Of a stretch of DNA of 64,000 bases, positions 60,463-64,000 are shown piece by piece (position 1 is the stretch's first letter; every line of letters starts with the position of its first letter). Both the position numbers and the translations under genes were made by a program. This DNA is from an uncultured Gemmatimonadaceae bacterium (lineage in GTDB: Bacteria; Gemmatimonadota; Gemmatimonadetes; Gemmatimonadales; Gemmatimonadaceae). Location of the stretch: NCBI GenBank assembly GCA_964391175.1, contig CAYMKQ010000002.1, positions 8,799 through 72,798 of the forward strand. The letters run 5' to 3'. The notes under the pieces are model-generated. The model did not search any database and had not been told where the DNA came from. It was given only the letters and a program-made list of their open reading frames with translations.

Positions 60463-62880
60463 ATGCCTCCAGCCCGGGACAAAACACGGCCCGTCGCACA
60501 CCCCGTCAGCTCTCCCGCGGCGCTCCCAGCGCCGCGCTTCGCATTCGGCTGGGCGTCGCTCGTGTACGGCCTCTGCACCTTCTCACTCGCTTGGCCCGCG
60601 CTAACGGGGAAGTTCCTCGTCAATTCCCACAGCGATCAGTACATCGCCGGGTACGCGTTCCGCGAATTCGCCGCCACTACTCTCAGGGCTACCGGGAGCT
60701 TTCCCCTCTGGAATCCCTACCTCTTCGGCGGGATGCCGTACGTCGCTGCGATGCACGGCGACATTTTCTATCCGACGTTCCTGCTCAGGATGGTAATGCC
60801 CACCGACGCCGCCATGACCTGGGGTTTCATCATTCACCTCTTTCTCGCCGGTCTGTTCACCTTCGGGTTCCTGCGCGCGATAGGATATGGCTTCTTCGGC
60901 GCGCTCCTGGGCGGAATCGCCTACATGATGGGTGGACAGATCGCGTCCTACGTCTCAGCCGGACACGACGGCAAGCTCTTCGTGAGCGCGCTCTTCCCAC
61001 TCGCGCTCTGGATGTTGCACCGCGGTATCCGAGGAGGGCGATCCTGGACCTGGGGCGCGTTCGGACTCGTCGTCGGTCTGGCGGTGCTGAGCCCCCACCC
61101 ACAGCTGCTGCAGTACATGCTACTCGCGTGCGGCGCCTATGCGCTCTTCCTCGCGTTCGCCAGTGTCGATGGAGTCAAGCTGCCAGGAAGCGTCGCCCTC
61201 CGGCGGCTGGCAGCGGCGCTCGCCGCGGTAGCCGTCGGACTGGCGATTGGCGCGGTGCAATATCTGCCCGTTCTCGAGTACGTCTCCTGGTCTCCGAGGG
61301 CCGGAGGCCTCTCGGATTATCGGCTTGCTACTTCCTATGCATGGCCGCCCGAGGAGCTGCTGAACACATATCTCCCGCAGTTCTCGGGAATGCTCAACGC
61401 GTACTGGGGCCGCAACGTGATTCACCTCCACAGCGACTACGTCGGAGTTGTCGTCCTGATGCTCGCTGGCGCGGCGTTCACCGGACTGCGCGCCGATCCT
61501 CGGCGGAAGCAAATCATCTTCTGGACGGTGGCGCTCGTCGTCTCGCTGCTCTGGTCGCTCGGGAGCGCGACGCCGTTCTACCGCATTCCATACGCGATAA
61601 TTCCCGGAACGAAGTACTTCCGCGCTCCCGCGACGATTTTTTTCGTGGGCGCCCTCGCGATCGCTCTTCTCGCGGCTGCCGGCGCCGAGCGGTTCCTGCA
61701 GTCGCGCGTCTCGCGCAGATACCTGCTCGGGTGGCTCATCGCTGGAGGCGTGATCGCGCTGCTCGCATCGGTGGGCGCGTTGACCGGTCTCGCGCAGTCG
61801 TTCGCGGACAGCCGCCAGCTCGACGGACTCGAGGCAAACAGGGGAGCGGTGATCGGCGGTGCCTGGAGGTCGCTGGCGTTCGTCGCGCTCACAGTGGCTC
61901 TCGGGGTCGCTCTCCTACGCCAGCGTATCTCCGGCCGGGTTGCGACGTGGGCGCTCGTCGCCTTGATGACGATAGACCTCTGGACGATCGAGCGGCTGTA
62001 CTGGATGTTCGCCGCCCCCGCGAAGACGATCTATGCAAGCGATCCCGTGATCGAGACACTGAAGGCCGAGCCCCAGCCGGCTCGCGTCCTCGCTTTTCAG
62101 GTGCAGCCCCCACCACAACGCGATCCATTTCTCACCGGCGACGCTCTCATGTCGCACCGCGTCCGAACAGTGTTGGGATACCATGGCAATCAGCTCGGTA
62201 GGTATAACGAGCTGGTAGGAGCGAACTCGGAAGACAACCGACTTTTCTCTTCGAACGTGCTTCAGTTGACCAATACCAGGTACCTCCTGACCAATATCCC
62301 GGAGCTTCCGTTCGTCGCGAACACGACGCTGGCGAAGGGACCGGTGCGAAACGCGTCGGGCGATGTGGTTTATCTGTATCGTCTCAACAGGGAGAACCCG
62401 TATGCCTGGGTCACGCCGGTCGCCGTGAAGGCGAACGATGAGCAGGTACTGGCCACTCTCCTCGATCCGCGCTTCGATGTGACGCGGGCTGCGCTGTTCG
62501 ATACCTCGGCGAACGTGAGCGTTGCGGCGGCAGTGCAGGCGCTACCCGAGCCTCTTCCGATTACTACCAACGTGCGTCGCTACGAACCCGGAAAAGTTCA
62601 GATCGATCTCAGTGCTCCGGCGCCCGAAGGAGCCTCGCTGGTCGTTTCCGAGAACTACTATCCCGGCTGGAAGGCTACGACGGATGGGAAGCCGGCGAGG
62701 CTTGGCCGCGCCGATCTCAGTCTCATCGGAGTGGAGCTTCCAGCGGGGGCGCGCAGCGTAGAGCTCGAGTTCACGAGCCCGAGCTACCAGCGGGGCAAGA
62801 CGATAACCTGGGTTGCCATTGTACTCGGCCTGCTGGCGCTGGCGGCTGGCATCTGGCGAGACCGGAGACGCCTTGGCTGA
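60463..62880 (+). CDS. YfhO family GT-C-like integral membrane protein
   Basis: PLWNPYLFGGMP, many TM helices, C-terminal LVVSENYYPGWKA..DG domain. Confidence 0.85.
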   Translation: MPPARDKTRPVAHPVSSPAALPAPRFAFGWASLVYGLCTFSLAWPALTGKFLVNSHSDQYIAGYAFREFAATTLRATGSFPLWNPYLFGGMPYVAAMHGDIFYPTFLLRMVMPTDAAMTWGFIIHLFLAGLFTFGFLRAIGYGFFGALLGGIAYMMGGQIASYVSAGHDGKLFVSALFPLALWMLHRGIRGGRSWTWGAFGLVVGLAVLSPHPQLLQYMLLACGAYALFLAFASVDGVKLPGSVALRRLAAALAAVAVGLAIGAVQYLPVLEYVSWSPRAGGLSDYRLATSYAWPPEELLNTYLPQFSGMLNAYWGRNVIHLHSDYVGVVVLMLAGAAFTGLRADPRRKQIIFWTVALVVSLLWSLGSATPFYRIPYAIIPGTKYFRAPATIFFVGALAIALLAAAGAERFLQSRVSRRYLLGWLIAGGVIALLASVGALTGLAQSFADSRQLDGLEANRGAVIGGAWRSLAFVALTVALGVALLRQRISGRVATWALVALMTIDLWTIERLYWMFAAPAKTIYASDPVIETLKAEPQPARVLAFQVQPPPQRDPFLTGDALMSHRVRTVLGYHGNQLGRYNELVGANSEDNRLFSSNVLQLTNTRYLLTNIPELPFVANTTLAKGPVRNASGDVVYLYRLNRENPYAWVTPVAVKANDEQVLATLLDPRFDVTRAALFDTSANVSVAAAVQALPEPLPITTNVRRYEPGKVQIDLSAPAPEGASLVVSENYYPGWKATTDGKPARLGRADLSLIGVELPAGARSVELEFTSPSYQRGKTITWVAIVLGLLALAAGIWRDRRRLG

Positions 62881-63595
62881 TCGCGCGCTCGTCATCGTAC
62901 CGACCTACAACGAACGGTTCAACGTCGCACGGATCATCCCCGCCATCCTGGCGCAGGACGCTTCGCTCGAGGTGCTGGTAGTGGACGATGGCTCGCCGGA
63001 CGGGACGGGCGCAATCGTCGACGCTATCGCGGCCACCAACCTCCGCGTGCACGTAATTCATCGCGCGGGGAAGCTCGGCCTGGGAACGGCGTACATCACC
63101 GGGTTCCATTGGGCACTGGAGCGGAAGTACGATCTCGTCTTCGAGATGGACGCCGATTTCTCGCACAACCCGGAGCGGCTCCCTGAATTCCTCGTTGCCA
63201 TTCGTGAGGCCGACCTGGTCCTCGGTTCGCGGTACCAGGACGGTCACGTGAACGTGGTGAACTGGCCGATGAGCCGGCTCTTCCTCAGCTATTGCGCTAA
63301 CATCTATGCGAGGGCGGTAACCGGCCTACCAGTGTTCGACACGACAGGTGGCTTCAAATGCTTTCGTCGCAATGTACTTGAATCGATCGATCTAAACTCC
63401 GTAAAATCAAACGGTTATGCGTTTCAGATCGAGATGTCATTCCGGGCGTGGAAGCGCGGCTTCCGGTTGCTGGAGATCCCCATTGTGTTCGTGGACCGGT
63501 CCGAAGGAGAGAGCAAGATGTCCAAACGGATCGTCCGCGAAGCAGTCTGGATGGTCTGGCGTCTGCGTTGGTGGGGTCTGATCGGGAGGATCTGA
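62873..63595 (+). CDS. Polyprenol monophosphomannose synthase (Dpm1/Ppm1-like GT2)
   Basis: PTYNE, VDDGSPDGT, GKLGLGTAY, MDADFSH, GSRY, GYAFQIEM, F.DR..G.SKM motifs. Confidence 0.92.
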   Translation: MADRALVIVPTYNERFNVARIIPAILAQDASLEVLVVDDGSPDGTGAIVDAIAATNLRVHVIHRAGKLGLGTAYITGFHWALERKYDLVFEMDADFSHNPERLPEFLVAIREADLVLGSRYQDGHVNVVNWPMSRLFLSYCANIYARAVTGLPVFDTTGGFKCFRRNVLESIDLNSVKSNGYAFQIEMSFRAWKRGFRLLEIPIVFVDRSEGESKMSKRIVREAVWMVWRLRWWGLIGRI

Positions 63596-64000
63596 TGGCG
63601 CGAGCTGTCGAAGGACAGTCCTTTTACAAGATGACTGGCTCGGGGAACGACTTCGTCGTTTTCGATGCGAGCGCGGGAGCGACGACGCATCTGGAAACCC
63701 CTGAGGCAATCCAGGAGCTAAGCCAGCGTGGGACTGGCGTGGGCGCGGATGGCGTTGTCTTCCTAGAAAAAGCGGGGGAGAGCGACGTCCGCATGCGATA
63801 CTATAACAGCGACGGTTCGGAGGCCGCCCTCTGCGGCAACGCGAGCCTTTGCAGTACCCGCCTGGCCGTCGACCTGGGCCTCGCGCAGGCGGGCGGATTC
63901 CTCCTTCATACTGCGGCCGGGACGCTTCGCGCCAGAATCAGGGATGGGCTGCCGGAGATCGATCTCGAGCCCGTAACAGAGGTGAGGGCCGACGCCACGG
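63595..64000 (+). CDS. dapF: Diaminopimelate epimerase (3' end beyond the window)
   Basis: Translation from ATG 63595 gives FYKMTGSGNDF, GVGADG, YNSDGSEAALCGNA. Not listed in the ORF track because no stop is in the window. Confidence 0.93.
   Translation, partial: MARAVEGQSFYKMTGSGNDFVVFDASAGATTHLETPEAIQELSQRGTGVGADGVVFLEKAGESDVRMRYYNSDGSEAALCGNASLCSTRLAVDLGLAQAGGFLLHTAAGTLRARIRDGLPEIDLEPVTEVRADAT

Noticed and set aside
59565-62201. 878-aa alternative-frame ORF on the + strand
   Set aside because: It overlaps the flippase-like and YfhO genes, is Arg/Pro-rich with no motifs, and is the expected stop-poor shadow frame in GC-rich DNA.

Overview
A GC-rich, densely coding, almost entirely + strand core-genome segment of a diderm (LPS-producing) bacterium. 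Gene content and order suggest Gemmatimonadota, but this is an inference and no search was run. It holds about 69 CDS: dnaB (5'-truncated)-radA-ispD-tsaC-LMW phosphatase-aroE-comF; gap-pgk-tpiA-secG-carA; HU/IHF-moaD-moaE-moaA-mdh; a small orphan and dcd on the - strand; a complete nuoA-N complex I operon; PMM/PGM, a shortened UPF0182 protein, carbamate kinase, sucCD, ndk; yceD-rpmF-plsX-fabH-fabD-fabG-acpP-fabF; futalosine pathway mqnE-mqnA-mqnC; ispF, dedA, xerD, a glutamine amidotransferase and an outer-membrane-like protein; kdsB-pyrG-kdsA-kdsD-lptC-lptA-like-lptB-rpoN; a GT2-GT4-flippase-like-YfhO(GT-C)-Dpm1 glycosylation cluster; dapF (3'-truncated). I saw no rRNA, tRNA, CRISPR array, prophage or IS element, and no clear-cut novel multi-gene system. 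The most noteworthy observations are a Rex-type operator just downstream of a sigma70-like promoter for nuoA, a non-canonical CX5CX2C motif in MqnE, an LptB with a ~154-aa N-terminal extra domain next to an oversized LptA-like protein, and a GT-C glycosylation cluster coupled to the lpt/rpoN operon.
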